Below are positions 45,745-55,873 of a stretch of DNA of 64,000 bases, piece after piece; position 1 is the stretch's first letter; every line of letters starts with the position of its first letter. The translations under genes and the position numbers were made by a program. The notes under the pieces are model-generated. The model saw only the letters and a list, made by a program, of their open reading frames with translations. It ran no database searches and was not told the origin of the DNA. The stretch lies in the NCBI GenBank assembly GCA_018396435.1, contig JAGTRG010000001.1:9659-73658 (forward strand), in the 5' to 3' direction. This DNA comes from Candidatus Bathyarchaeota archaeon. Its GTDB lineage: Archaea > Thermoproteota > Bathyarchaeia > Bathyarchaeales > DTEX01.

Positions 45745-46735
45745 CCTTCACGCCCTCCAAAGTCATCTCGGTGATGAATGCTTCCCCACCAGCATGCCTA
45801 ATGGCTTCTGCAACCCTATTAAGATCCATGCGTCTAGATAAGGCAATAATGCAGCCCCCTCCTCCCGCGCCAGTCAGCTTGGCACCTAAAGCTCCAGCTT
45901 TCCTCGCTGCATACACGAGCCTCTCGATTTCATCGCTGGAAACACCGACAGCATATAGAAGCGCATGATTGATATTCATCAGATCCCCTAAAGTTTCTAG
46001 GTCCCCGCTTTCTAGCGCCTTAACCCCTAAGGCAGCTAGGTCGCCGCCCATGTCCATGATCTTGTTAACTATAAGCGGGTTTCGCTCTCTGAGCTTACTT
46101 ACCCGAGAAACCATTTCACCAGTCACTCGTTCAATTTTAGTATCGCCAACAACAAGCGGCAGATCCACGTCTATGGTCAACCGCTCCATTCCTATGCTTC
46201 TACGATACATTAGGATGCCACCGTAGGTTGATATTGCCGGATCCACGCCGGAAGGATTCCCATGAATAAGCCTTTCAGCTTCGAAAGCTACCCTGAAAAT
46301 CTCCTCTTTGCTGAGGTTGATCTCCAAGAGTTTTCCTAAAGCTGCGGCTGATGCAACAGCCACAGCGGCTGATGAGCCTAATCCGGAGGCAACTGGGATC
46401 CTTGAATCCACATGCAACTCAAACCCCACATTCTCACCTGATATGGATAGGAGTCTCCTTGCAACGGTGTATATTGGCTTAAGCTTGCGCTCCGCTTCCG
46501 TTCCTCCCTCAATAGGCTGATACCTGTCGTCAGATGAGAATATTCCTGAAACCCCCATGTTTTCAGATTTAACGAGGATCTCCCCATTCGCTCTAGGTCT
46601 GGCGGTTACGTAAGCCCTTTTATTAATGGCTATAACTATCGCTGGCTTATCGTAAACAACGAAATGCTCACCGAACAGTATGATTTTAGCGGGCGCTGAA
46701 GCCCTAGATTGCAACATCAACCGGTAATTCCCCAC
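45734..46735 (-). CDS. mvk: Mevalonate kinase
   Basis: APAKIILFGEHFVVY and the GHMP motif PVASGLGSSAA. Confidence 0.9.
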   Translation of the reverse strand: MGNYRLMLQSRASAPAKIILFGEHFVVYDKPAIVIAINKRAYVTARPRANGEILVKSENMGVSGIFSSDDRYQPIEGGTEAERKLKPIYTVARRLLSISGENVGFELHVDSRIPVASGLGSSAAVAVASAAALGKLLEINLSKEEIFRVAFEAERLIHGNPSGVDPAISTYGGILMYRRSIGMERLTIDVDLPLVVGDTKIERVTGEMVSRVSKLRERNPLIVNKIMDMGGDLAALGVKALESGDLETLGDLMNINHALLYAVGVSSDEIERLVYAARKAGALGAKLTGAGGGGCIIALSRRMDLNRVAEAIRHAGGEAFITEMTLEGVKVEE

Positions 46736-46767
46736 TTAAAATTTTTAAGCGGGTTTTAACCAAACCG

Positions 46768-47643
46768 TCACTTGGTTATCGCTAAGGCAGCATAGCCGAC
46801 GACAGCCGACATGTCGCCGGTTATATCTCCGCTTGTCTTATAGCTCAGGAGTTCAGCATTTTTGAAACCTAGCTTCTTCGATGCAACTATGAGCGACGCT
46901 ATAGGACCATAGCCGCAGGCAGTTACATTACGTGATTCCAAAGTTGAATAAAAGAGTTCTTCGTCAAATTGTAATATTGCATTTATAGCCGCTCTATCCT
47001 TCTCGCTTGCCCTTTTATGAGGCTCATAATGGGTCATGTCGGATGAGGCTATTATGACAACATTTTTATCCTTAAGAGCTTCAGCCAGCGCCTGACCGAC
47101 CTCTCGGGCAGTTTCAAGATCTTGCATCAAAAAACATATTGGAACAAACTTAAACGATCCGTAAATGTACTGGAGAAAGGGAAGTTGAACCTCTATTGAA
47201 TGCTCATAGGCATGGGCGGTTTCATCGGCATCAATTATGCCGGAGCGGCGGAGAATTTCCCTAGCAGCATCACCATCCACCTCGCTGTCGCCTAGAGGCG
47301 TACGCCAAATACCTCGATCCATAATTGCAACGCCACTTCCAATACCCTGATGGTTCGGACCTAGAATCACGAATAAATCGACGCGTCCATCATTAGCCAA
47401 CTGATAGTAAGCGTTAGCAGCAACAGGTCCGGAATACATGTATCCGGCATGGGGGCAGATAAGCCCGATGATTCTCCGCGGTCCATTCTCCTGAAGCTCT
47501 GGAAGCCTGCCTGGGCCGAACTTGTGGGTGAAGCATCCCTCTATTTGCCTTCTTAAAGATTCTTTTGAGCCAGCGTAGAAGCTCCCAGCATACCTCGGAT
47601 ACCTAACTCTGCTTGACAGCATTATTATCCTCCCATAAATCAA
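46768..47643 (-). CDS. MEMO1-family protein (AmmeMemoRadiSam system protein B)
   Basis: RYPRYAGSFY...ICPHAGYMYSGPVAA...SSDMTHYE. Confidence 0.75.
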   Translation of the reverse strand: MIYGRIIMLSSRVRYPRYAGSFYAGSKESLRRQIEGCFTHKFGPGRLPELQENGPRRIIGLICPHAGYMYSGPVAANAYYQLANDGRVDLFVILGPNHQGIGSGVAIMDRGIWRTPLGDSEVDGDAAREILRRSGIIDADETAHAYEHSIEVQLPFLQYIYGSFKFVPICFLMQDLETAREVGQALAEALKDKNVVIIASSDMTHYEPHKRASEKDRAAINAILQFDEELFYSTLESRNVTACGYGPIASLIVASKKLGFKNAELLSYKTSGDITGDMSAVVGYAALAITK

Positions 47644-47741
47644 CTAAGTAAAGTATTCTTAAAGGAAAATATAAAATATTAGCCTAAGCATGCGCTGTAA
47701 CGGAAACAGAGGTAGTGAATATTTAGCAAGCTTTCACTGCT

Positions 47742-48410
47742 TTACTCTTCTTGCTGCTGCGTTTTCTCAACGAGCTTAACCTCAAAATCATCCATAGAAA
47801 CTGTGAGGTCGCCATCCGGCGGGATTTCATTTCTTTCGCGGAGTATCTGCCTGGCTAAAAGCCAATATATTACAGCAAGCGCTCTCCTACCCTTATTATT
47901 TGTTGGTATAACCAAGTCCACGTTTGTGAAATCGTTGTCCGTGCTGCATAAGGCTACAACCGGTATACCTACGCTCGTCGCCTCTTTAACGGCTTGAGCG
48001 TCAGCCCTAGGATCTGAGACCAATATAACGTCCGGTTCAATTCTCTCTGGATAAAGCGGATTTAAAAGTAAACCTGGAATGAAGCGCCCTATGACTGGTG
48101 TCGCCCTTGTTACCTCACAGAACTTTGCAACGGGCTCCCTAGCGTACAACCTCACAGCTGTGGCAGTGACCTTAGGAGGGTCGAATCTGCTAAGGAACTT
48201 GGCTGCAATCCTTATCCGCTCATCAATCTTCTTTATGTCTAGGACGAAGAGCCCGTCGCTTCTAACTTTATAGATGAATGGCTCCATATCTCTCGTCTTG
48301 ATTTTCGCTCCAATATGCACACCAGCTGAGAGCAGTATGTCATGTGATAAAAGCAGTAGCGTCTCAGTTGTTATGCCAGCTTCACTATCAGTCTTCTCCT
48401 TAAAAGACAT
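47742..48410 (-). CDS. rps2: 30S ribosomal protein S2 (uS2)
   Basis: LLSAGVHIGAKIKTRDMEPFIYKVRSDGLFVLDIKK. Confidence 0.92.
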   Translation of the reverse strand: MSFKEKTDSEAGITTETLLLLSHDILLSAGVHIGAKIKTRDMEPFIYKVRSDGLFVLDIKKIDERIRIAAKFLSRFDPPKVTATAVRLYAREPVAKFCEVTRATPVIGRFIPGLLLNPLYPERIEPDVILVSDPRADAQAVKEATSVGIPVVALCSTDNDFTNVDLVIPTNNKGRRALAVIYWLLARQILRERNEIPPDGDLTVSMDDFEVKLVEKTQQQEE

Positions 48411-48422
48411 TTTTCACTTCCC

Positions 48423-49673
48423 CTAAATTTTTATTCTAGCCATTCTCGCCCTATCGCCTAGAATCTCCTCGATGTATACGAGTTCATTAATCTTCGCTAT
48501 GCGCTCTCCCCCAGCTACACCGGTCTTTATTATTGGGCAGCCGAACCCTACGGCCAAGTGCGCTATATGGAATGATGTTGTTTCTCCGGATCTGTGAGAT
48601 ACCACCGGCACATATCCGCTTTCCTTAGCCAATCTAGCTGTTTTCCAAGTATCCGTTAATGTTCCAACCTGATTCATTTTAATAATTATTGCGTTTCCAG
48701 CTCCTTCAGATATACCTGCGTTTAAGCGTTCCTCGTTCGTAACGAAAAGGTCATCGCCGCATATTAGGCAACCCTTAACCTTGGATGTTAGCTCGCTGAA
48801 GCTCCTAAAATCATCCTCATGGAATGGATCCTCAACGTAAATGAGATTATATTTTTTAATTAAACCTAAAATGTACTCAAGCTGCTCGCCGGAATCCCTC
48901 TTAACGCCCTCATTTGCATATACGTAGCACTGTCTGTTTAGATCCCAAAGCGATGAGGAAGCAACGTCTAAGCCTACCCTACATTTAAAGCCAACCTCAT
49001 TAGAGACTTCTTCGCAAGCTTTTGAGACAACTTCAAGCGCTTCCTCATTAGATATGTTTGGAGCCCAAGCCCCCTCATCCCCTCTCCCACCAGTGAAGTA
49101 TGGATCAACCCTGATCAGCAGATCCTTGATCCTCCTATGAATCCTAATGTTCGCTTCAGCAGCAGTAATAAAGTTAGGTGCGCCGATGGGTAAAACTAGA
49201 AATTCCTGTATGTCCGGAACCTTGCCAAGAGCATGTTTACCGCCGCCAAGAACATTGCCAAGCGGATAAGGCATGTTGCACGCTAAATATCCGCCTAAAT
49301 ACTGGAAGAGCGGCATACCGTACGAGTTTGCTGCTGCATCAGCAGCGGCTAAAGATACAGCGTAAGCCGTGTTTCCACCGATCTTCATGAAATTTTTGGT
49401 TCCGTCGAGCTCGTGGAGAATGTTGTCTATATCCTCCTGCTCATCGGCATTTAACCCTATAAGTTCAGGCGCTATTAGCTCCTCAACCTTCCTTACCGCC
49501 TCCTCCACGCCGCCAGGCGGGTAAGCAATCGCTTCAGCTTTCCCCTTGCTTGCTCCGCTGGGCGCGGAAGCCACTCCAAAGCCATCAATTGTTGTTATTT
49601 CAACCTCTATTGTTGCTTCTCCCCTGCTGTTAAAGATCTTTCTCGCTCTTACATCCTCAATTACGGTTGACAT
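48423..49673 (-). CDS. eno: Enolase
   Basis: VRARKIFNSRGEATIEVEI...SHRSGETT. The MSTVIEDV start is preferred over the ORF start at 49712. Confidence 0.92.
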   Translation of the reverse strand: MSTVIEDVRARKIFNSRGEATIEVEITTIDGFGVASAPSGASKGKAEAIAYPPGGVEEAVRKVEELIAPELIGLNADEQEDIDNILHELDGTKNFMKIGGNTAYAVSLAAADAAANSYGMPLFQYLGGYLACNMPYPLGNVLGGGKHALGKVPDIQEFLVLPIGAPNFITAAEANIRIHRRIKDLLIRVDPYFTGGRGDEGAWAPNISNEEALEVVSKACEEVSNEVGFKCRVGLDVASSSLWDLNRQCYVYANEGVKRDSGEQLEYILGLIKKYNLIYVEDPFHEDDFRSFSELTSKVKGCLICGDDLFVTNEERLNAGISEGAGNAIIIKMNQVGTLTDTWKTARLAKESGYVPVVSHRSGETTSFHIAHLAVGFGCPIIKTGVAGGERIAKINELVYIEEILGDRARMARIKI

Positions 49674-49680
49674 TACTTCT

Positions 49681-49899
49681 CTATTCCTCCTCAGCTTCCT
49701 TCCTTCTTTCATAAAATTTTATGAGATCATCTATTACTTCAACATGCGATAGAAACATCCGCCGGCAGCAATAGCGTATTAGACCTAAACTGTCAAGAAT
49801 CTTTTCCGGGCTCTCGCCATTTTTCACTCTTCTAGCGAATTCCTCCCATTTATCACCTATAAGTTTACCGCACGTGAAGCATCTCACAGGAATTATCAT
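49681..49899 (-). CDS. rpoN: DNA-directed RNA polymerase subunit N (Rpo10)
   Basis: [21 protein letters not shown]...RYCCRRM. Confidence 0.9.
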   Translation of the reverse strand: MIIPVRCFTCGKLIGDKWEEFARRVKNGESPEKILDSLGLIRYCCRRMFLSHVEVIDDLIKFYERRKEAEEE

Positions 49900-49931
49900 C
49901 TTCTCAAACCTTCCCAAAAGTAATGTGATCT

Positions 49932-50351
49932 TCACCTATAACTCTTCTGGTCTCTAGCCCTAGCGCCCGGCCCACCAAACTTTTTAGGCTCTTTCCTTCT
50001 AGGGTCTCCGGATATTAAAGTTCTGTCAAGCTTCAGGAACGCTGATTTTATATGTGTACTTTTCGTCCATTTAACCAGTGCCCTAGCAATTGCCATTCTA
50101 GCCGCTTCAGCTTGACCCATAAATCCGCCGCCCTCCACCTTAACATTTATATCTAGGTTCTTCCAAGCTTCCTTTCCAGCATTAATTAGGGGCTCAAGGA
50201 TTTTTAGGCGTGCAACCTCAGGTTCATATATCTCAATCGGCACATTATTTACGCGTATCCTTCCCATTCCAGGCTTCACGGTTGCCTTTGCAATTGCAGT
50301 TTTCCGTTTTCCACTTACAACCAAAACTTTCTTCGCTGTTGAACTTGACAT
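49932..50351 (-). CDS. rps9: 30S ribosomal protein S9 (uS9)
   Basis: [15 protein letters not shown]...[19 protein letters not shown]...KSYR end. Confidence 0.93.
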   Translation of the reverse strand: MSSSTAKKVLVVSGKRKTAIAKATVKPGMGRIRVNNVPIEIYEPEVARLKILEPLINAGKEAWKNLDINVKVEGGGFMGQAEAARMAIARALVKWTKSTHIKSAFLKLDRTLISGDPRRKEPKKFGGPGARARDQKSYR

Positions 50352-50361
50352 TACTATTCAC

Positions 50362-50796
50362 CTATCCTTTAATGGCTTGAGCCAGTTCGGAAACAGTTAT
50401 GTAGCGGCCCCTTAACCTGCTTACATCAGCCTCAGAAATAGTTTCCATGTTTTTACCCTTAAATTCTTCAGGAATACCCACATACACCCTCAACCTTTTA
50501 AACGCTTCCCTTCCACGCGGGGTTTTATATGGTAGCATACCGCGTATAACTTTTTTAACAATATTGTCTGGTCTTCGGGGGTGAATAGGCCCCTTTTTGG
50601 GATGCCCAACTTGAAGAAACTCACGTTTTTCCCGGATTATACTGAGCCTTTTACCCGATATTACTGCGTTTTCAGCGTTCACTATGATGATTTTCTCGCC
50701 GCTGAGAAGTCTTTTAGCAACTATGCTGGCCATTCTCCCAAGGATTAAACCCTCGGCGTCAATTATAGTTGTACTACTATTGATAACCGCGCGCAT
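50362..50796 (-). CDS. rpl13: 50S ribosomal protein L13 (uL13)
   Basis: IIDAEGLILGRMASIVAKRLL...GMLPYKTPRGREAFKRLRVY. Confidence 0.93.
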   Translation of the reverse strand: MRAVINSSTTIIDAEGLILGRMASIVAKRLLSGEKIIIVNAENAVISGKRLSIIREKREFLQVGHPKKGPIHPRRPDNIVKKVIRGMLPYKTPRGREAFKRLRVYVGIPEEFKGKNMETISEADVSRLRGRYITVSELAQAIKG

Positions 50797-50803
50797 CTGT
50801 AAA

Positions 50804-51187
50804 TCACCTAATTATTTTAACGTTAGAACCTTTAGGGTTCGCTTTTATTAGTTCAGGTATAGGTAAACATTTCCCCTTTGCCTTAATTATTTTCTGGCGT
50901 GCCCGATCCGAGAAGTCGAGGGCTGCAACCTTAACTGGGTGGGTTATTAATCCGGCGCCTAAAACCTTGCCGGGAACAACAACTTCATCACCATCTTTTG
51001 TGTAGCGGTTTATGCGGCTTACATTAACGGCTATGCGTTTTCTTCTAGGCTTCGCTAGGTTTTCAGCCACGGTTTTCCATATGCTGGCTTCATTCTCCTT
51101 AGCGGCCTCTCTTAAAAAGCGTATCAGCCTTATAAGCTCCGGATTAGTGATTTTAAGATTTTTCAATCTCATCTGATAAACCCTCAA
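50804..51187 (-). CDS. rpl18e: 50S ribosomal protein L18e
   Basis: TNPELIRLIRFL...RIAVNVSRINRY...VVVPGKVLGAG. Confidence 0.9.
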   Translation of the reverse strand: MRVYQMRLKNLKITNPELIRLIRFLREAAKENEASIWKTVAENLAKPRRKRIAVNVSRINRYTKDGDEVVVPGKVLGAGLITHPVKVAALDFSDRARQKIIKAKGKCLPIPELIKANPKGSNVKIIR

Positions 51188-51983
51188 TCTGGCTTATAAA
51201 TTCAGAATATTTATCTTCATAAATCTTTAGCGCCTCAAATATTATTCGTTCAACAGGTAAGGCGCCTGTTGACTCAACATAAAATATGAATTTATCCTCA
51301 TCCCAGCTCACTTGAATTGGCGTAGGCTTCTTCTCGCAAGCCCTCACGCAGTCATTGCATAATATGCATTCCATTTCCTTCACAATCTTTATGCCGCCGC
51401 CTTCTTTAGCGAGAACCCCCTTCGGGCAGATTTCAACGCATTTCCCGCAGGCATCGCATGTTAAATTGTCTATCTTAAGCATTGGCACATATCTGTAAAT
51501 GCAGGATGAGACGGGCTGCCACTTAGCATGTTCCCTCCCCCTGCCAAGCTTCGCGTATGCTTCAAGCCTTATCTTTTGCCCAGTTGCCAACTTGACTATT
51601 GGGATTTTATCGCTCACAGGTACCACCCTGGGGTCCTCTGGAATTAAGTCGCCGGAATATACTATGCGAATGCCGTTCTCCGCCTCAACATTGAGGGTTA
51701 AGATCGCCCTGCAGCGGCTGCATCCAAGATCGCTTTTACAGACGCATTTCTCCGGAAGATTATATGAATCTAGATCTGTTTTAAGGGGGATTAACCCTAA
51801 TCTTAAAGCGAGGATTTCATCATGAAGAACAGATGAATTCTCATATATTATTATATCATCCATGGCCATTGTGGGAACTTCTGAGAGAATTATTCTCCTA
51901 AGCGTATTCGCTAATGGAGCATTTATTCCCTCCACTATGAAATGCATAGAAAAATCATTCTTCTCAAGCAGATTTACACGCAT
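51153..51983 (-). CDS. rpoD: DNA-directed RNA polymerase subunit D (Rpo3) with a ferredoxin-like Cys cluster
   Basis: NAPLANTLRRIILSEVPTMA...CDACGKCVEICP...CILCNDCVRAC. Confidence 0.92.
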   Translation of the reverse strand: MRVNLLEKNDFSMHFIVEGINAPLANTLRRIILSEVPTMAMDDIIIYENSSVLHDEILALRLGLIPLKTDLDSYNLPEKCVCKSDLGCSRCRAILTLNVEAENGIRIVYSGDLIPEDPRVVPVSDKIPIVKLATGQKIRLEAYAKLGRGREHAKWQPVSSCIYRYVPMLKIDNLTCDACGKCVEICPKGVLAKEGGGIKIVKEMECILCNDCVRACEKKPTPIQVSWDEDKFIFYVESTGALPVERIIFEALKIYEDKYSEFISQIEGLSDEIEKS

Positions 51984-52072
51984 GACTTAATCCTCTGTGG
52001 AGCGATGAACGTTTTCTCATAGAGAGCAAAGAGGGATATTTCAATCTTTCCTTTCTACATGCTTCTATAGGG

Positions 52073-52486
52073 CTAAACTCTTCTACCCCTACGCCCGCCC
52101 TTACGCCTAGTGCCATCGTGGGGTATGGGAGTGGTCTCTTCTATACGCCCAATCATCCTGAAACCTGCCCTGGCTAAAGCCCTTATGGCCGCCTGAGCTC
52201 CTGGACCGGGCGTCCTTGGTCCTGAGCCGCCTGGTGCACGAACCTTTATGTGTACAGCGGTTATCCCTTTATCCTTCGCTACGCTGGCTGCGTATGCTGC
52301 TGCCCTCATAGCCGCATATGGTGATGACTCCTGTCTATCAGCCTTAACGAACATTCCTCCAGATGCCCTTGCTATTGTTTCCGCCCCTGAAAGATCAGTT
52401 ATGTGAACTATTGTATTATTATAGGAGCTGTATATGTGAGCTACCCCCCATTTCTCCTCTTTCCTACTGCTCACCTTATCCTTCAC
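52073..52486 (-). CDS. rps11: 30S ribosomal protein S11 (uS11)
   Basis: [22 protein letters not shown]...[10 protein letters not shown]. Confidence 0.93.
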   Translation of the reverse strand: MKDKVSSRKEEKWGVAHIYSSYNNTIVHITDLSGAETIARASGGMFVKADRQESSPYAAMRAAAYAASVAKDKGITAVHIKVRAPGGSGPRTPGPGAQAAIRALARAGFRMIGRIEETTPIPHDGTRRKGGRRGRRV

Positions 52487-53033
52487 CTCCGCTGGATTTA
52501 GATGATGCCTCTATAACTAGCCTCAATGGATGCTCTGGATTGCTGAAGGGGCTTGTAGACGAGTACATTATGCTCTTCTCTTCCTCTTTACTTACGATGT
52601 AGCTTGGGGAATAGACCACCCTGCCATTTACGGTTATGTGTCCATGCGTTATAAGCTGGCGGGCCTGATTGGGAGTTTTAGCTAATCCCTTTTTAAAAAC
52701 TATTGTCTGCAATCTTCTCTCAAGAACATCTTCAACAGTCATGTCTAGAACATCGTCTAATACGGCGTTTTCAGATAAAAATCCTAAGCGCTTAAGTTTC
52801 CCTAAAAGCTCCGCCTCAAGTTTAGATCTTCTCTCAGCTGGCATGCTCATTAAAGACCTCGCTACGCCTCTAAACTTTGAAAGCATCGTTTTATGACGCC
52901 AAAGTTCACGTTTATTCCTTAAACCATACTGCCCAAGTAACACAAGTTCGCTTTGAAGTACGTCGCTTCTCCATGGGAATCGAGGGGTCTCATATTTTTT
53001 CTTAGGCTTCTTAGGGTCTCCCACAGCCGTCAC
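52476..53033 (-). CDS. rps4: 30S ribosomal protein S4 (uS4)
   Basis: [10 protein letters not shown]...[11 protein letters not shown]...S4 domain ITVNGRVV. Confidence 0.93.
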   Translation of the reverse strand: MTAVGDPKKPKKKYETPRFPWRSDVLQSELVLLGQYGLRNKRELWRHKTMLSKFRGVARSLMSMPAERRSKLEAELLGKLKRLGFLSENAVLDDVLDMTVEDVLERRLQTIVFKKGLAKTPNQARQLITHGHITVNGRVVYSPSYIVSKEEEKSIMYSSTSPFSNPEHPLRLVIEASSKSSGGEG

Positions 53034-53485
53034 CTCCTGACTTTAGATTTCGAAACGCCCACAGTTTTACCAGCTCTACCAGTGGTTTTAGTTCTTTGTC
53101 CTCGAACCTTAAGTCCGTAAGCATGGCGGTAACCACGCCAACACCAAACGCTCTTTAATCTTTCTACGTCAGCCTTAACCTGCAAATCAATATCTGAAGA
53201 AATTAGATGCAGATCCTTTCCGGACTCTATATCCCGTCGGCGATTAAAAAGCCAGCTTGGGATGCCGTGATCGGGAAGGTTTCTAATAATTTCTTCAATT
53301 TCATCAATTTTCTCATCAGTTAGATAACCCGCCCTCGTTTCAGGTGAAATTCCGGCTTTCTCAGCAATTATGTATGCAAGCCTTATGCCCACGCCTTTAA
53401 TATCGCTTAGAGCGTCCACTACATTTTTCATCCCATCAACATCTTTATCCACTATGCGGACGATATGTCTGAATCCAGTTGACAT
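53030..53485 (-). CDS. rps13: 30S ribosomal protein S13 (uS13)
   Basis: [12 protein letters not shown]...IKGVGIRLA...[22 protein letters not shown]. Confidence 0.93.
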   Translation of the reverse strand: MSTGFRHIVRIVDKDVDGMKNVVDALSDIKGVGIRLAYIIAEKAGISPETRAGYLTDEKIDEIEEIIRNLPDHGIPSWLFNRRRDIESGKDLHLISSDIDLQVKADVERLKSVWCWRGYRHAYGLKVRGQRTKTTGRAGKTVGVSKSKVRR

Positions 53486-53609
53486 CTTCAGCTAAGCCCT
53501 CTGTGAAGGTTTCCGCAAATAACAAGGAAAGAACACTTTTTTATTTAAATATATCGCCTCAATCAGCGCCTTAGCCAAAATATATTTATTAGATTCGCCA
53601 TAAAATATT

Positions 53610-53852
53610 ATGGGGATGACCTTGGTTTCAGCGTGCGTCTTAATTAGAACTGAACACGGCAAATTTGAGGATGTGGTTAAAGCGTTAAACCAGATAAAAA
53701 GGGTTAAAAAGGCTTTTCCAGTTCTAGGAAGATACGATGTTGTAGCTGAAGTTGAGGCCGCGGATATGAAAGAGCTAGGTTCAACGGTTCTTAGGATGAG
53801 CAGACTGAGCGGCGTGGTTTTCACTGAGACCCTTATAGAAGTGGAATATTAG
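53610..53852 (+). CDS. Stand-alone Lrp/AsnC-type RAM (ligand-binding) domain protein
   Basis: ACVLIRTEHGKFEDVVKALNQIKRVKKAFPVLGRYDVVAEVE, a beta-alpha-beta-beta-alpha-beta pattern without an HTH. Confidence 0.6.
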   Translation: MGMTLVSACVLIRTEHGKFEDVVKALNQIKRVKKAFPVLGRYDVVAEVEAADMKELGSTVLRMSRLSGVVFTETLIEVEY

Positions 53853-53871
53853 GGCTTGAGGAGGTAATGTA

Positions 53872-54096
53872 ATGTTAAATGCATGCATCCTCTTAAAAGT
53901 TATTCCAACAAAAGCTGAATCTATTCTTAACTCTATAAGGAAAATCGAAGGCGTTAGAAAAGCATATTTGACCTATGGTAGATTCGATATGGTTGTTCTC
54001 TTAGAGGTAAAGGATTATGCGGAGCTTAGAAGCGCAACTACGGCGATAAATAGCATAAACGGTGTGAGAAGCACGGAAACGCTCGCAGAGGCTTAA
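53872..54096 (+). CDS. Stand-alone Lrp/AsnC-type RAM domain protein (paralog of the preceding gene)
   Basis: ACILLKVIPTKAESILNSIRKIEGVRKAYLTYGRFDMVVLLE. Confidence 0.6.
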   Translation: MLNACILLKVIPTKAESILNSIRKIEGVRKAYLTYGRFDMVVLLEVKDYAELRSATTAINSINGVRSTETLAEA

Positions 54097-54152
54097 GCCT
54101 AACCTGACTGAAGCACAGCACGATGCCTTCTCCATTATACTGGTGTTCCTCA

Positions 54153-54971
54153 ATGATATTTTTTGTAGCCTCAAAAGCTGACCTGGCCGGATTAAACATA
54201 GCTAAAAGCCTCCTAAAACTACTCAATTTCAGGGAGACCAATGAAAAATTCTGCGGGAACACTGTTTACTCGGCGATTACTCAAAATTCTGAAGAGGCTA
54301 AGCTAGTGTTTACTGATGATGAGCCAGTGAACACTCAAAACTTGCCATATCCGAAGAATTTGAGAATGGTCATTTTTATATCAAGACATAGTAGTAGAAG
54401 CGGAACCCCAACGCTTTCTGTTCATACCCCAGGAAACATCGGTGAGGCGGCTCTCGGGGGGCTTCCGAGAAAGGTATCCATATCGCCGGCAAGCGCTATG
54501 AAGGCGGCTCTTGTTGAAATGAAAAAGGCTCGGGATGAAATGGGCCTTTCTTATGAAGTCTCATATGAATGCACGCATCACGGTCCATCTCTTGATATTC
54601 CAGCGATGTTTGCTGAGCTTGGTAGTTCTCCGGAGCAGTGGCGCGATGTTAAAGCGGCTGAAGCAGTTGCAAGGGGAGCTGTGGCAGCGGCTGTAAATAG
54701 TGAAATTTACCCGGCGATTTTAGGAATTGGCGGGCAACACTATAATGAGAAGTTTACTCGAATAGCCTTAACAAGTAATGTAGCTTTCGGGCATATGATT
54801 CCAAAATATGCTCTGCCAAATTTTGATGAGTATATGCTAAGACAATGCGTCATAAAAACTGTAGAGCGTATTGAAAAGGTCCTTTTTGATTGGAAGGGTA
54901 TAAGAGGCGCTGATAAGGAGCAGCTAATTAAAATTTTAAAAACCATGGGTTTAGAGATGGAGAAGGTGTAA
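54153..54971 (+). CDS. dtdA: D-aminoacyl-tRNA deacylase, archaeal type (DTD2)
   Basis: SRHSS, ECTHHGP, GIGGQHY, FGHMIPKYA, DWKG. These are colinear with the P. abyssi DTD2 pattern as I recall it. The ORF opens at 54123. Confidence 0.8.
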   Translation: MIFFVASKADLAGLNIAKSLLKLLNFRETNEKFCGNTVYSAITQNSEEAKLVFTDDEPVNTQNLPYPKNLRMVIFISRHSSRSGTPTLSVHTPGNIGEAALGGLPRKVSISPASAMKAALVEMKKARDEMGLSYEVSYECTHHGPSLDIPAMFAELGSSPEQWRDVKAAEAVARGAVAAAVNSEIYPAILGIGGQHYNEKFTRIALTSNVAFGHMIPKYALPNFDEYMLRQCVIKTVERIEKVLFDWKGIRGADKEQLIKILKTMGLEMEKV

Positions 54972-54995
54972 TTATCCATTTACCTTTTTCTTTAC

Positions 54996-55871
54996 TCAGC
55001 TGCTCGCCTGCCCTTTCTCCTGAACCTTCGCCTCTAAAGTTAAGGCTTCAATATGCGCTCTTCTTATCAGCTCAGGAAGGGTCTCTGGCAGGAAGGCGCC
55101 GGAATTTATAGCTAGGTTTCTTGCTTCAGAAACTGCTTTACATAGTAATATTGTGACTGTTTCATGGGTTGGGTAAGCTGCATTTACAGCTAGGTTCAGG
55201 GCTTGAGCATAGGCTTCTCCAATATTTTTCTTATACTCTTCGATATCTAATTTCAGATCGCTCTCCGTGATAACTGTTCCCTCATCATACGCGGCTTTAA
55301 GCGATAAACCAAGTTCTATCGGTTTGATTCCAAGCTTTGATAGGACGGATGCGAGGCTCTCATTTATCACCGTCCCCTTCTTTGCAACAACGGTTTCCCT
55401 ACTGACCCAGACGCTCCCGCTTTCTATACGCGTCGGTATCCCAACAGCATTCAGCTGGCTAATAATTGGACCTGGCGGAAGCCCCGTATTTCCCGCCTGA
55501 ACAACGATGTCTTCAGTCGCTATATCTCCCGCCTTCGCAGAAGCCTTCACTCTGCTTTTTTCCATTAGCAGCGCAAGTTTAAATGGGTTATAATTTGTGA
55601 ATATATATAAATTTGAGCCCTGCATAAACTCCTTAAGCTTCTCCGCACATTCATTTTCTCCAAGATCCCTGAGGGCTCTTTCAACCAACGTATTCTTATA
55701 AACTTTTAAGTAGGCAATTTCCTCCATTTTCCTCCTTATCTCCTGCAGCTGCGTTGCCCTAACCTTGTGTAGGTTGGCAACCCCCAATATGCGGTACTTT
55801 TTCATCAAAGCCTTTATCTCATCAATTTTCTCCGACTTCTCAAGTAATGTTGACCGCATCTGAACTAGCAT
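54996..55871 (-). CDS. rplP0: Ribosomal stalk protein P0 (uL10), short form lacking the acidic C-terminal tail
   Basis: KIDEIKALMKKYRILGVANLHKVRATQLQEIRRK N-terminus. 291 aa ending ...LEAKVQEKGQASS*. Confidence 0.88.
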   Translation of the reverse strand: MLVQMRSTLLEKSEKIDEIKALMKKYRILGVANLHKVRATQLQEIRRKMEEIAYLKVYKNTLVERALRDLGENECAEKLKEFMQGSNLYIFTNYNPFKLALLMEKSRVKASAKAGDIATEDIVVQAGNTGLPPGPIISQLNAVGIPTRIESGSVWVSRETVVAKKGTVINESLASVLSKLGIKPIELGLSLKAAYDEGTVITESDLKLDIEEYKKNIGEAYAQALNLAVNAAYPTHETVTILLCKAVSEARNLAINSGAFLPETLPELIRRAHIEALTLEAKVQEKGQASS

Positions 55872-55873
55872 TA

